Positions 39,556-51,158 of a DNA stretch of 64,000 nt are shown in pieces. The stretch spans positions 1 through 64,000 of the IMG/VR virus record IMGVR_UViG_3300025161_000004; one strand, written 5' to 3'. The first letter of the stretch is position 1; every line of letters starts with the position of its first letter. The position numbers and the translations under genes were made by a program. The notes under the pieces are model-generated. The model did no database searches. It was not told the DNA's origin and saw nothing but the letters and a program-made list of their open reading frames with translations.

Positions 39556-40300
39556 ATCCATACTAATAATAATTCTTATTTTATTAATAATTAGTGGTTA
39601 TAATTATCATATTTCTAAAATAAATAAATTAAAAGCTGATAAGGGTATTAGTGATAAACTCAACGCAGCATTAACAGACACATTAAGAGTTTATGTTAGT
39701 AAAAACAACACGCTTAAATATGAAAAACTCGCAATGCAAGCTGATATTAATCAACTAAAAAATAGTAATATTACTTTATCGAAGGAAAAACAAATTTTAC
39801 TAAATAAAGTAGAAAAAATAAATAAAGACAAAATCGTTTTAACTGCTACAATAATAAAACAAAAATTTGTTATTGATTCATTAACAAATATAATTAAAAG
39901 TGATGGTGGTTGGTTCGATTCTACCACAGTTCTTTTTAAGAAAGAAAATAATGATACCATCAATTATACAATTAGAATTGTTAATGTAGCACCAGTCGAT
40001 AATGAAACACCTCGAATGTTAATTGATTGGTTAGAAATACCTAATGATATTACAGTTGCATTTCATTGGGATAAAGATAAGAGAAGAAATTATCCTGTTA
40101 GTGTTAGTGTGGAAAACTCAAATCCGTTAATGAAAGTTAACAACATCGAAGCCTATGCTATTCCAGAACTTCAAAAGGAAGATGTTAAACCTACACTTTG
40201 GCAAAAAGTAAAAAGTGGAATAAAGAAATTTAAGGATGATATTATTGTTTTTGGTTTAGGATTTTTAGCAGGTGCTGGTTTTGCAACGGCTGGAAACTAA
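39494..40300 (+). CDS. membrane-anchored coiled-coil protein (spanin-like)
   Basis: N-terminal TM, coiled coil and C-terminal hydrophobic segment. Confidence 0.55.
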   Translation: MTSTNIGVIQKFIQKIKIDYKSILIIILILLIISGYNYHISKINKLKADKGISDKLNAALTDTLRVYVSKNNTLKYEKLAMQADINQLKNSNITLSKEKQILLNKVEKINKDKIVLTATIIKQKFVIDSLTNIIKSDGGWFDSTTVLFKKENNDTINYTIRIVNVAPVDNETPRMLIDWLEIPNDITVAFHWDKDKRRNYPVSVSVENSNPLMKVNNIEAYAIPELQKEDVKPTLWQKVKSGIKKFKDDIIVFGLGFLAGAGFATAGN

Positions 40301-40468
40301 ATACAGAATCTAAGATATTTTATATCTAATAAAATAGTGTGAGTATTAAATATTTCTACTAATTATTTTTTTATAAAAAATGTGTCTACACTAATTTATT
40401 GTATAGATTAAGTGGATTGAATTACTATAATCTAATACAAATAACAATGATTTAATTATTTTATTTTC

Positions 40469-41101
40469 TTATGATTTTTCTTGTAATGGAATATCTAATT
40501 CCTTTAGAAACTTTTTAAAATCGAAAGAAGGATTCAAATCAAAATAATCAATATCAAAATTACTTCTAGTAACAATACCTTTAAAATCTGCTGTATTTTC
40601 ATAGTGTGAATTATATCCAAGACAGTCCACTTTTATATTGAATTTATCACATAAATAACCACAAAGCATTACTGTCGAATTAAATTGTTCTTTAGTATAT
40701 GCTTCCCAATATCTATACCCTTTCCAATTTTTTTCAAATACATTATTTTCTGGACAAATATCATTACTCCAACTTAAAAAGTTATTTGATTCATAATCAA
40801 AATACACCATACCCATATTCTCAAGTACAATCGAAATTGATTTTTTATCAATTTCCTTCACACCCATAAAGTCACTATAATATTTTGGGTTATAATGCTC
40901 GTATATTTTACCATCTCTTGAAATAGTGTATGTGTTCCAACTCTTAGTAAGACCATAATCTTTTCTTTTAAGATGTACTATATGGTAGTTACTTTTTCTT
41001 AAACTACCTGCAAGTATGATTTGTGATTTTTCATACTCAATTTTATAGTAATTATTATCGGATATTTTATATTCTTCGGTATTAATTAACATCTGTATCA
41101 T
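40469..41101 (-). CDS. amidase_2-like protein with degenerate Zn ligands
   Basis: Paralogous to the endolysin catalytic domain (YTISRDGKIYEH, WKGYRYW, DLNPSF) but has IILAGS in place of IVLHHT. Confidence 0.7.
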   Translation of the reverse strand: MIQMLINTEEYKISDNNYYKIEYEKSQIILAGSLRKSNYHIVHLKRKDYGLTKSWNTYTISRDGKIYEHYNPKYYSDFMGVKEIDKKSISIVLENMGMVYFDYESNNFLSWSNDICPENNVFEKNWKGYRYWEAYTKEQFNSTVMLCGYLCDKFNIKVDCLGYNSHYENTADFKGIVTRSNFDIDYFDLNPSFDFKKFLKELDIPLQEKS

Positions 41102-42221
41102 GCAGTTTATCTAATAATCTGAGTGATTCATCGTATGACATGGCAGCATATCTTTTTTTCTGAACAATTTTAAAAACCCCTAAATGTGTCATTTCAGAAT
41201 AGAAATCTTCAATATTTTTGGGAGTAAAGAAACCAGAACCATATGCTACTTTAACTAAATCATATAAACGTGATGCACTAATAACCCTTTGGTCTTGATG
41301 TATCTCGCCTTTTTTGAATGCGTATTTAAGGAGTATTGAATATCTTTCTTTCTTTTTATATATCATTTCAAATTTAGGTTCATTTTCTTGAAATATCTTA
41401 TAGTTAAAAACCTCTCTATAGAAAATACCTACTACAATTAGTAACTCGATAACGGTAGTTATTGAGAAAAATATTAGGTATGATGATTTATCAGTTTCAA
41501 TATTTCTTTTTGATTCTTCCTCTTGTACTTTTTTTAATTCTAATATCTTAGAATTAAGTTCTTTATCTAATTTATTAATTTCATTATTATTAAATTCAAT
41601 TGTAGCTAAATTATCTTTAATTATCAAATTATAGTTATTAATTGTAGATCTATATGATGGTGGTAGTTGAGTTATTTTCTCCCTCAATTCAGTATTTGTA
41701 TTTCTTAGTCTCTCATTATCTGCCTGATATTGTTTTTTAAAATCAAAATATAACATATTTAGACTATCAATTTGTTTTTTAATATCAATCTTTACAATTT
41801 CATTTTTACTTTCACTTGATGTTGCTAATTTTAAAGCACCATTAATTGAAAAATAATAACTACAGGCAATTATAATCAACGAACCGATTGCAAATCCAAG
41901 CCCAGCACCAGTGATCTTGTTTCTATTGCTGACATAATCAGCTGAAAAGATTGCAAATACCTTCCTTTTTAGGATCTCAAATATACACAATACCCCAATA
42001 GTAACAATCAAAGATAACCATTCTACTATGGTTGAATTATCTATATATATTTCCAATTTACCTTTAAGTAATGGATGTATTAAAAAATATGCAAAAAATA
42101 TTGATGCTGCGTTTCCGAAAAATGAAAATCTGTATAACCATGAATCGACATCCTTATGCTTCTTTTCATAGTTCTTCACTTTAAATTTTTCTCTTAATTC
42201 TGTATACTTATTTAAATTCAT
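41082..42221 (-). CDS. membrane protein with coiled coil
   Basis: About 4 TM helices and a long coiled coil. Confidence 0.75.
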   Translation of the reverse strand: MNLNKYTELREKFKVKNYEKKHKDVDSWLYRFSFFGNAASIFFAYFLIHPLLKGKLEIYIDNSTIVEWLSLIVTIGVLCIFEILKRKVFAIFSADYVSNRNKITGAGLGFAIGSLIIIACSYYFSINGALKLATSSESKNEIVKIDIKKQIDSLNMLYFDFKKQYQADNERLRNTNTELREKITQLPPSYRSTINNYNLIIKDNLATIEFNNNEINKLDKELNSKILELKKVQEEESKRNIETDKSSYLIFFSITTVIELLIVVGIFYREVFNYKIFQENEPKFEMIYKKKERYSILLKYAFKKGEIHQDQRVISASRLYDLVKVAYGSGFFTPKNIEDFYSEMTHLGVFKIVQKKRYAAMSYDESLRLLDKLHDTDVN

Positions 42222-42233
42222 CTTTTTAGTGGT

Positions 42234-45200
42234 TTAATTAATCTCTAATTTAGAAATACCTCTATCATCTTTTGTTACTTCAATAATATGATCTGGAGAT
42301 ATCTCATATTTATGTTCAACTACAAGTACTTTTTTTGTTTTTTCCTTTATTTTATGTAGAATATCAACAAATTCTGTTACACTATCATCAGTTAATTTTC
42401 CCATTATTTCATCTAATAAAAATATTGATGGTTTTGACTTAGCATTAATTTGATTAAGAGCAAATTTTAAACAAATACTCGCAAAAGTTCTTTCCTTTCC
42501 ACTACCAGAAATAGCATTAATAATTGAATTCGGTGATGTATTATAAGCCATTTTTATCTTTAAATCGGATAGGTCGAACCAAACTTTGAAGTTGAGTTCC
42601 TCAAACAGTTTAGCTAATTCTCTATTAATTTTAGGGATAGCCATATTCTTTAATAAATAGGTAGGTATACCATCTCTGTGAATACATTCCTCATATACCT
42701 TAAATATATAGTCCCTTTTTTCCTGCTCATCAAATTTAGCTAATAAGTCATTGTTTGATACAATTAACTGCTTTTTATTGGCAATTCTCGATTTATAGTT
42801 TTCTATATCAGTTATATATGTGTGATACTCATTTTTAAGAGTAGTGAGTTTTTCTTTGGCTTTTTCAATTTTTACATCTATTTTTTTGTTCTCAAGTATC
42901 TTATCCTGAAGATCGTAATAGTCCCTCAATAATCTCTTTTTATTTTCATATGTTAATTTAATATTATCAATTTTAGTAGGAATGGTACTTAATTCTAATG
43001 ATAATTTATCTCTTCGTTCTACTTCATTCTTATCATTAGTAATCATACCGATTTCCTTTAATTCCTTCTCCATTTGAAGATTATTTTCATCGATTTTAAT
43101 CTTCAACTCATTAATTTCATGTAATAAATTTGATATTTCAGTCTCTATAGGAATCTTGCTTGATTCTTTATCAGCAATATCTCCATTTAATTCACTAATT
43201 TCCTTATAAATAGATTCAATTTTTTGTTGAATATGTGATTGTTTATCTTTTTGTACTGGTTGTCCACACGTAGGACATATTTTACTATTCTTTAATTGAA
43301 TTATTTCATTTTCGTATTTAGTGATAGTCTTCTTAATTAAAAGAATTTCGCCGTTAATTCTTTCGATATTATTTCTTTTCAAGTTGATACTATTATTCAA
43401 ATCCTTTATTTTAGTATTCAACATATAGTGAATATTCTTATTTTCATCCTTTTTTTTCATTAAAAATTCTAGTCTTTCAGAATCATAACTATTTTTTAAA
43501 TGTGATATTAACGATTTTATTTTTACCATCTCATTCTCATACTCTTTTATCTTCTCTGGATAGATTAATAATTCTTGTTCAAGTGCCTTAAAATCCAAAG
43601 ATTGTAATTCAGGGTCAATTTTATGAATCATTCTATTTAATTGACTAATATAATCTTCACCCTTTTCTATCCTTTCTTTCACCTGAGGAATTAATATAGT
43701 ATTAGTCTCAACAATTAACTTATTAAGTTCATTAATTTCATTATCGAGTGTTTCATTTTGTTTCTTTATTGCTTCACGATCACATGATATTCTATTAGTT
43801 GAATACATTTCTTTTTTATAATTCTTAAACGCTTTTAGTTTAATATCAAATATATCTAAACCGCTATCAAATAAAATTGAATCAATAAAAACAGATTCAT
43901 CACTTGACAATATATTATTCAGAGTATCTGATGTGGTCATCACAACTCTATTGAAATTTTCAAAAGTGCCAATAACCTTCTGAATAATTTTTTCTGTTTT
44001 GGCTTTTCTATCACTATCTAATGTCTCAATTGAATAGGTATCTTCAAATAATGAGTCAATATCTGGTAATAGATAATATGATACTTCTGTAGTGCAATCT
44101 TTTATCTCACCATCTTTGGTTTTTTTTACTGTCGTTCTTCTTTTAATACCGTAGTATTGACCGTTAACAGATAACACTAAACCACCTTCACAAAAGTTAG
44201 CACCATTCTTATTATTCAAAAATCTTGAATCACCAAATTTTTGTCTCTTTTCTGTCTCAAGTGTCTTGTTATAAAGAATGTATGTAATTAATTTCATTAT
44301 TGTGGTTTTGCCTGCTGTATTAAGACCTGTTATCTGAAATAATCCATCTTTATCTCTCCAATCAATATTAATGTCTTCATATGACATAAAGTTAGTCCCC
44401 CAAAATCTTTCAATCGACCATTGAATATTAGTAAATTCTTCTATCGATATTCTTGAGGTTATTTCATTATCTAATCTTATAATCTCTTCGATGTCTTCTG
44501 GTTTAGTGCCAATCTTAGTAAGATGTTCTCTAAATATTGCTTGTTGTACTGGCTTATCTAAAATATTTTCAACACTTAATTCAGAATCAATTTCCATTTT
44601 CTCATCCACAATATAATTTGCCTTGTGTGATATCGATAATGGTCTATACTTTTTAAGTAAGTAATCCCTTACCTTACGTTCATTTTCAATAGTATGTTTT
44701 TCAGGCTCGGTTTTCCATAGCACTCTAAGACGCATATAGTCTGTAGGATTTTCAATTTCGATATCAAGATTATCGAAATCAGTAAACATATTAACACCAA
44801 TAGTCTTAAATGAATAATTATTTTTAATTGGTATTTCTTTTGCTTTTTTATTTTCAATATCCCAAAGAAGATAACCATGAAATTCATCATCACCCTCACC
44901 AAAGTCTTGTGCAATCAGTGAGCCACAATATGCTTTTGTTTTTTTTCTGTCAAGATATTGCATTTTATGTATGTCACCAAACATGCCAATATCGCCCTTA
45001 AATTGTTTAATATCCCTGTAAATCCTCTCATGAAATTCTTTACCTGTTGAACTTATAGCACCATTTATAGGATCATGAAATAAATCAATTGAAATGTTTT
45101 CAAGTTTATAATCTAAATCAAGTTCCCAAGGATTATTTTTCTTTTCACCATGCTTCCATACAACCCAATTAACGTTTTCATCTTCGTATATGCCAGTTTC

Positions 45201-45536
45201 ATTATAATAAACAATATTAGGATTGTTTATTGTTTTTATTATCGCTTCAATACTATCTGTTCTTTTAAGTGCTTTCTTTAGGATATCATGATTACCTCTA
45301 ACTATAATAGTTTTAGCAATAGATGCCAGCATATTCAAAAATTCACCTGCAAGTATTATTTGCTCACCCTGCATATCAATATAGTCATGCTGTAAATCAC
45401 CAACTATAACAATTCTATCTGGTTTATTTTCTCTTAATGATTTTTCTAATCTGGAAAACACTTCTCTATATTCTTTATGTCTTGTAGGTGATTTACGAAT
45501 ATGAATATCACTAATATGTGCTACTAATTTTATCAT
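42234..45536 (-). CDS. fused Mre11/SbcD nuclease - Rad50/SbcC ATPase (gp47-gp46-like)
   Basis: HISDIH, VGD, GNHD and GDIH. Walker A GLNTAGKTT, Zn hook CPTCG, signature SGSGKE and Walker B IFLLDE. Confidence 0.92.
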   Translation of the reverse strand: MIKLVAHISDIHIRKSPTRHKEYREVFSRLEKSLRENKPDRIVIVGDLQHDYIDMQGEQIILAGEFLNMLASIAKTIIVRGNHDILKKALKRTDSIEAIIKTINNPNIVYYNETGIYEDENVNWVVWKHGEKKNNPWELDLDYKLENISIDLFHDPINGAISSTGKEFHERIYRDIKQFKGDIGMFGDIHKMQYLDRKKTKAYCGSLIAQDFGEGDDEFHGYLLWDIENKKAKEIPIKNNYSFKTIGVNMFTDFDNLDIEIENPTDYMRLRVLWKTEPEKHTIENERKVRDYLLKKYRPLSISHKANYIVDEKMEIDSELSVENILDKPVQQAIFREHLTKIGTKPEDIEEIIRLDNEITSRISIEEFTNIQWSIERFWGTNFMSYEDINIDWRDKDGLFQITGLNTAGKTTIMKLITYILYNKTLETEKRQKFGDSRFLNNKNGANFCEGGLVLSVNGQYYGIKRRTTVKKTKDGEIKDCTTEVSYYLLPDIDSLFEDTYSIETLDSDRKAKTEKIIQKVIGTFENFNRVVMTTSDTLNNILSSDESVFIDSILFDSGLDIFDIKLKAFKNYKKEMYSTNRISCDREAIKKQNETLDNEINELNKLIVETNTILIPQVKERIEKGEDYISQLNRMIHKIDPELQSLDFKALEQELLIYPEKIKEYENEMVKIKSLISHLKNSYDSERLEFLMKKKDENKNIHYMLNTKIKDLNNSINLKRNNIERINGEILLIKKTITKYENEIIQLKNSKICPTCGQPVQKDKQSHIQQKIESIYKEISELNGDIADKESSKIPIETEISNLLHEINELKIKIDENNLQMEKELKEIGMITNDKNEVERRDKLSLELSTIPTKIDNIKLTYENKKRLLRDYYDLQDKILENKKIDVKIEKAKEKLTTLKNEYHTYITDIENYKSRIANKKQLIVSNNDLLAKFDEQEKRDYIFKVYEECIHRDGIPTYLLKNMAIPKINRELAKLFEELNFKVWFDLSDLKIKMAYNTSPNSIINAISGSGKERTFASICLKFALNQINAKSKPSIFLLDEIMGKLTDDSVTEFVDILHKIKEKTKKVLVVEHKYEISPDHIIEVTKDDRGISKLEIN

Positions 45537-45869
45537 ATATATTAATTTAATTTTAATGGATTCTTCTAATTCTCATTTATTTGAAATAATGTTTACAAGC
45601 CACTCTTTATTATTAAACTATACTATAAAAGTAGATTTTTTATTATATAAAATTATCGATTCTTCATGTACTTCATGATTCAATAAAATTTATCAAATAT
45701 CCTTATGTATGAACATTTTTATATTCATTATGTCAATTTGACTTCTTTTAGCATTAAATATATTATTTCCACTGTCAATATTTCCTAATTATTTTTTGGT
45801 ATAAAATTTATTATGGGTGAATTTAAACTATTAATAACATTAATAATAATCAAACTAAAAAATAGAACT

Positions 45870-46262
45870 ATGTTGACCATGTACAAACCTTTCAGCGACT
45901 TTTTGTTTGAATTAGAAAATGACTTTATGAATGGGAGTTCGATTGATTTTTTCACCCCAAAGAATGATATTATAGAATCTGATAAGGAATATAGAGTCGA
46001 TTTATACGTACCAGCATTCAAAAAAGAAAATTTCAAAATTTCTGTTGACGGTAGATTATTAACTGTTGAAGGTGAGAGAACTCTTGACAGGGAACTAAAA
46101 TATAATGTGAAAGAAAGTTTCTTTGGTAAATTTAAAAAGACATATACATTACCTAAAAATAGTAACAGCGATGAAATCACATCTACATATGTAGATGGTG
46201 TCTTACAAATTATTATTCCAAAAAAAGAAACCATGAGTACAAAATTAATAGAAATTAAATAA
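45870..46262 (+). CDS. small heat-shock protein (Hsp20/alpha-crystallin)
   Basis: DIIE...Y, LTVEGER, FGKFKKTYTLP and YVDGVLQI.IPK. The ORF track start at 45813 is probably too far upstream. Confidence 0.9.
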   Translation: MLTMYKPFSDFLFELENDFMNGSSIDFFTPKNDIIESDKEYRVDLYVPAFKKENFKISVDGRLLTVEGERTLDRELKYNVKESFFGKFKKTYTLPKNSNSDEITSTYVDGVLQIIIPKKETMSTKLIEIK

Positions 46263-46288
46263 TGGAGTTAACCTCCATTATTTTTTTT
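46260..46288. terminator. bidirectional terminator between Hsp20 and the sigma factor
   Basis: taatggag-ttaac-ctccatta followed by a T-tract. Confidence 0.65.
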
Positions 46289-46938
46289 TAGTATATTTTA
46301 TCTTTATTTTTTTGAATTTTACTTTTTAAGTAGTTAACCCTATTACATATTTTATCTTTATTTTCAGAGTATATATTACTCAAATCATCATAACTATATC
46401 CATCAACGTATTTTAGTTTCAACATCTCAAAATCTTTATCGTTAATCATAGATGATATTAACATTAATGTTGATGCATTATCTATGCTATTAATCGTTGT
46501 CGAATCACTAATGGAATATGCTAAACTACCTTCGATTGTAGTGCTTATTTTATTGTAGTTTGAATTTATACTATTATAGTAAGTATTATCTGAATTTGAG
46601 TAATTATATTTAATCGATTCTGAAGTAGTATATGAAACAGTACGTATATTATTTGCGTGAATTTTAGACTTATTTATAATATGATTATTAATTATTGTTA
46701 TAACCCAAGTACTAAATGCTGACTTGCTTGAGTCATACTTATCTATTTGAGTAAATATTTTTATCAGGATTTCAGATACACAATCATCTAAATCAAAGTT
46801 ATTATAGCGTTTATATCTAAGGTATCTTGTAATGATTTGCTTATACTTATTATAAAGTATTTCCTCAGCTTTTTTACTACCATTTCTAATTTGATTAATT
46901 AATTCAATATCGTTATTTTTAAATATTTTTATGTTCAT
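46288..46938 (-). CDS. ECF-type sigma-70 factor
   Basis: Region 2 (AEEILYNKY, DDCVSEILIKIF, FSTWVITI..N) and region 4 (LKYVDGYSYDDLS). Confidence 0.85.
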   Translation of the reverse strand: MNIKIFKNNDIELINQIRNGSKKAEEILYNKYKQIITRYLRYKRYNNFDLDDCVSEILIKIFTQIDKYDSSKSAFSTWVITIINNHIINKSKIHANNIRTVSYTTSESIKYNYSNSDNTYYNSINSNYNKISTTIEGSLAYSISDSTTINSIDNASTLMLISSMINDKDFEMLKLKYVDGYSYDDLSNIYSENKDKICNRVNYLKSKIQKNKDKIY

Positions 46939-46973
46939 TTACTTTTTTAAAAATAAAATAAAGTTATTCCTTA

Positions 46974-48008
46974 TTAAAGAATATTAATCCAATCCCATTT
47001 CTTTTTATTATTACCAATAATAGTGCTAGCTCTAATTAAATCAATATCCGTTGGCTCTTTCGCTTTTCTTATTTGATTAATAACTTCACGTTTACCTTTT
47101 AATCTTCTAATTTCATCTAAATCATTGTCACCATCTAAAGTTACATATCTAACTTTTTCGGGACAATCAGAATATAAAAGTTTTATTTCATGATATAATT
47201 TTAAATTTTCTTTAAATGCATCAGGATCGAGTACAATAATAACATTAGGTTTTTTTTCTTTAAGAACCCTAGATAAGGTTTTATTCAATGATTTACCAAG
47301 CAATGGTATTGTGTTAATAGGAAAACTTAGAGCATCAAATGCACCTTCTACAAGGTAGACCGTACTATCCCAATTAATAATTCCCTCATTAAAAATGATA
47401 AGATTTTTATTTACAACTGGATTTAAATATGTTGGTTTAACCCCTTTTAGATACGTTCTACCAACAAAATAATTCACGTCACCAAATTTATTATATGATG
47501 GTATTATAATTCTGTTAGCATACTTACCTTCGACACAAAAACCAATTCTAAATTTGAATATTATATCTCTACTAATTTTTCTTGTATTAATGAGATATTG
47601 ATACGCTTCTATGTGTCTTTTATTGTTTATATCCATGTTAGAAAACAATATCATCTCATTAGGAAGTCTTACAGGTGCAATGTATTTCTCAATATCCTCA
47701 TCATTATTCTTTGAATTAAAGAAATCTACCCCAGAATATGATATATATTCATCATAATCATATTTACTACCATATAATCTTATTAAACGAGATACATTAC
47801 CATAAAATCTAGGTTCATCACATTTCCAACAATGAAATTTCTTTATTGCAGTATTAATTTCAAGATTAAATTTACCATCAGGTTCTGGTAAACCATCCCT
47901 CTCTTGACATTTTGGACAGTTGACTTGTATCTGTTCTCTACCGTAATTTTTTACCTCTCCAAAAATACGTCTAATGATGTGCTGATATTCAATACCTCTT
48001 ACATTCAT
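46974..48008 (-). CDS. DnaG-type primase (Zn finger plus TOPRIM)
   Basis: CPKC, HCWKC, RIIIPSY, YFVGR, LVEGAFDA and LDPDA. Confidence 0.88.
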   Translation of the reverse strand: MNVRGIEYQHIIRRIFGEVKNYGREQIQVNCPKCQERDGLPEPDGKFNLEINTAIKKFHCWKCDEPRFYGNVSRLIRLYGSKYDYDEYISYSGVDFFNSKNNDEDIEKYIAPVRLPNEMILFSNMDINNKRHIEAYQYLINTRKISRDIIFKFRIGFCVEGKYANRIIIPSYNKFGDVNYFVGRTYLKGVKPTYLNPVVNKNLIIFNEGIINWDSTVYLVEGAFDALSFPINTIPLLGKSLNKTLSRVLKEKKPNVIIVLDPDAFKENLKLYHEIKLLYSDCPEKVRYVTLDGDNDLDEIRRLKGKREVINQIRKAKEPTDIDLIRASTIIGNNKKKWDWINIL

Positions 48009-48267
48009 TTTATATATAAAAATATCCCAAATTTAAACAAAAAAAGGGATAAAAGCAATCACTTTTACCCCCAAAAAATATAACAGCAACTCAACAACTA
48101 CTTTTTATATTGATATTTATATGTTAAATCATAGGAATTATATCGTCTATCATTTAATTAAAGATATCGATTATTCTGTACTGATTTATTTTTTTTATTT
48201 AACATATCAAATATTTCAAATATATATATCTCAAAACATTTTCATATTAAAATCTTTTGAAATTTTT

Positions 48268-48768
48268 CTATTTTTTATTTTTTAAAATATCACCAAATGC
48301 TTTTATAAATTCATCTAATACACCAGTATTATATGGAGGATTGACTAGTTTAACATGTGTATATCTTTCGCCTGTGGGGTTCTTACCTAAATATGCGTTT
48401 TCGAATTTAGTAAACAATTCTATAATTTTTTGCTTCAACTCACTATCGGATGGAGAAACTGACACTTTCCTTTTATATTCCATAAAATCTGCAGATAATT
48501 TTTTGAAGCTATCTTTAGCATCTTGTAGTTCTTTTTCTAATTGTTCATTTCTTTCTGATAATTTGTGTATTTGTTCTTCTAACCAATTTTTACTTCTCTT
48601 AGCTTCATTGGTAATTATCCCATCATCCTCTTCTTCTTTATCTGTGGTTGTAGAATCAGCCTTAGATATAATATCTACGTCAGCAAGTAGCTGTTCAACT
48701 CTCTGTCTCGCAATAATATCTTTATCTTTTATTTCGGTACTTTGTTCTTTTTTTGTTCTTTTAGCCAT
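48268..48768 (-). CDS. coiled-coil hypothetical protein
   Basis: 166 aa, late-type motif upstream. Confidence 0.7.
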   Translation of the reverse strand: MAKRTKKEQSTEIKDKDIIARQRVEQLLADVDIISKADSTTTDKEEEDDGIITNEAKRSKNWLEEQIHKLSERNEQLEKELQDAKDSFKKLSADFMEYKRKVSVSPSDSELKQKIIELFTKFENAYLGKNPTGERYTHVKLVNPPYNTGVLDEFIKAFGDILKNKK

Positions 48769-48828
48769 AATCTATATTTTCTATATAAATACTCTACTTT
48801 ATAAAAAAGTATAGAATTATATATTTTT

Positions 48829-49059
48829 TTACAGACGTTGAGATAATTTTGATATCAATTCATTTAGTTCTGTTTGTTTTTTAGCTAAAAAAATTAAAGA
48901 TTCTTTTTTAGTATGAATATTGCCACCATATACTTCATCTATATCTTGATAATGCCAATACATCTTTATAAATCTTTTTAATTTACCAAGACGTTTTTTG
49001 ATTTGCCTACGTTCAGTACCGCTTATAACAAAAATAGGAGAATTATTCATTTTAATCAT
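48829..49059 (-). CDS. hypothetical protein
   Basis: 76-aa ORF. Confidence 0.5.
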   Translation of the reverse strand: MIKMNNSPIFVISGTERRQIKKRLGKLKRFIKMYWHYQDIDEVYGGNIHTKKESLIFLAKKQTELNELISKLSQRL

Positions 49060-49394
49060 ACCAATTATATTTATTTTAAAATTTAGTCATTAATTCAGCA
49101 ATAATATAAAAATCATTAAATGACTCTTGATAGTAAATTTTATTTCAAAAAAGAATAAATGTATTATGTGAATATTCTAAATCATCGCACCGATTAATTT
49201 TATTAAAAGAAAAAATGTTTCATCGTATATGGTGTAATCATTACATTGTTTATTTTTATGTAATAAATTAAAACCTTAATTAAGTAATTTATTCACTTTA
49301 ATGACATCCTCCCTTTTTATGGAAAGATTTATTAATTCAATTCTATAAAAATCTATATCCTCATCAGATAAAAATATGTGTATTTTATTATTTT

Positions 49395-50822
49395 TCATAA
49401 CACATTATGGTTGAATTCAGCAACTAAACCATTATTCTTATCATATAAGAATGCAACAGCAGATTTCATTGAACGATAACCTTTTGAATGATGCCAAGCA
49501 TCTGTGCCGGACAATGAAGGTAATATTCTTACCTTAACACCTCTATTCTCATCTAAATCAACAAAAGATATTGTTTTTTTCTTATGAAAATGTCCCAAAT
49601 GAAATTCTCTATATGATGTTTCTGCCCAATCAGACTTTCTTTCTTCTGACATCAAATACGGTAAATCTAAATGCTTCTCCTGATCACCATGAGTAAATCC
49701 AATTAGATTTGTACCATAACGATGATATTTTCTTAATGATGCAGAATTATCAACACTAACACGACTATTTTTATTATACCACGCCTGAAGAACTTCACCT
49801 AAATAAAATACTGTTTGATAATCATGATTCCCTGAAACCATCACTATCTTAACTGGTGCTATTGTAGCTAATTTATCTATAGTCACTAACATCAAATCTT
49901 TAGTTTTTCTGAACATCTGTTGCCATCGTGAATCTACGTGTTGTGGTGTACCTGCAGTTGTCATATTGTTCTTATTATCAATATTAAACAAATCATTACC
50001 AACAGGTAGAAGAATTTCATTAATTTGATCTTTATAGTGAGATATATGATTTAATAAGGATGCGACGGCATCATTATATCTCTTGATCGCAATTTTTGTA
50101 TCGTAATTTTCGCCAGATTCCTCATCCCACGATAATTTACCAACATGTAAATCAGGAAGTGATAGTTCCAGTAAATATTTCTCTTTACCAGTTTTTTTAA
50201 ATTCATTCAATCCAGAATAATCGGGCGCATATGTCCTAATTGTTTTTAAAAATTCATTCCACAGTTTCTTTTCATATTCTGTTTTATTTCTTTCAAGTGT
50301 TGCCTTAACTTGAAAATTTTCTTTTGTAACTAACTTATTTTCAATTAAAGCAGTGACATCCCATTTGTTTAAAACAAAATGTTTTACATTCCATTCATTT
50401 TTATCCACACCACATTTTTCCAGTAATTGATCTAAGGTTTTGATATGACTTGGATTTTCAACAAAATATTTGTTAAAAATATCGGCTGGAGCTTCATAAT
50501 TTATGCTCATCTCGGTTGCATCTTCATTAATTGTTTTATCAATTTTTTCACTTTTTATAATATCGGTTCTCTTTTCTTCAATTACATTTGTTGTTTTATT
50601 ACCTCTCACTTTTCTAAAAAGATCATATTTTTTGATAAAAAGATCATACTCTTCTTTAGATTTATTATTATGTTTAATTTTTGTGACTAGATCGGCTTTT
50701 ACATTTTTCACATAAGTATCGCTTACACCAAATATTTTACATGATTCTCTTAGAGATACGTCATTATTAATAGAATAATTTAAAATATCGATTGCTTTTT
50801 TTACACGGTCTCTCACTTTCAT
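49395..50822 (-). CDS. calcineurin-like metallophosphoesterase with an N-terminal HTH
   Basis: PDLHVG, GND, SGNHD, THGD and GHFH. Confidence 0.88.
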   Translation of the reverse strand: MKVRDRVKKAIDILNYSINNDVSLRESCKIFGVSDTYVKNVKADLVTKIKHNNKSKEEYDLFIKKYDLFRKVRGNKTTNVIEEKRTDIIKSEKIDKTINEDATEMSINYEAPADIFNKYFVENPSHIKTLDQLLEKCGVDKNEWNVKHFVLNKWDVTALIENKLVTKENFQVKATLERNKTEYEKKLWNEFLKTIRTYAPDYSGLNEFKKTGKEKYLLELSLPDLHVGKLSWDEESGENYDTKIAIKRYNDAVASLLNHISHYKDQINEILLPVGNDLFNIDNKNNMTTAGTPQHVDSRWQQMFRKTKDLMLVTIDKLATIAPVKIVMVSGNHDYQTVFYLGEVLQAWYNKNSRVSVDNSASLRKYHRYGTNLIGFTHGDQEKHLDLPYLMSEERKSDWAETSYREFHLGHFHKKKTISFVDLDENRGVKVRILPSLSGTDAWHHSKGYRSMKSAVAFLYDKNNGLVAEFNHNVL

Positions 50823-51158
50823 TTTTTTTGGTTTAAAATTAGCTCACAATTTATATGTTATAAATTAACCTGTCAAGTAATTAAATTAATTATTTTTTAT
50901 TTTTCATCATCCATGTCACAATTAGTTTAATTTATATAGTTTATTCAATGTATTCAAATGAAACATACACCTCCCACATTAACATGATAGTGTTATGAAT
51001 ATGATATTTAGATTTTACTATATATTGAAGTTTTTGGAATGGTGGTATTAAAACTATTCAATCTTTTAGATATAAACTAACCAACATAAATCATGATATT
51101 TATATTATTCTTAGTTTAAACCATAAATAAAAAAAATTGATTATATTTCATCTAACAT

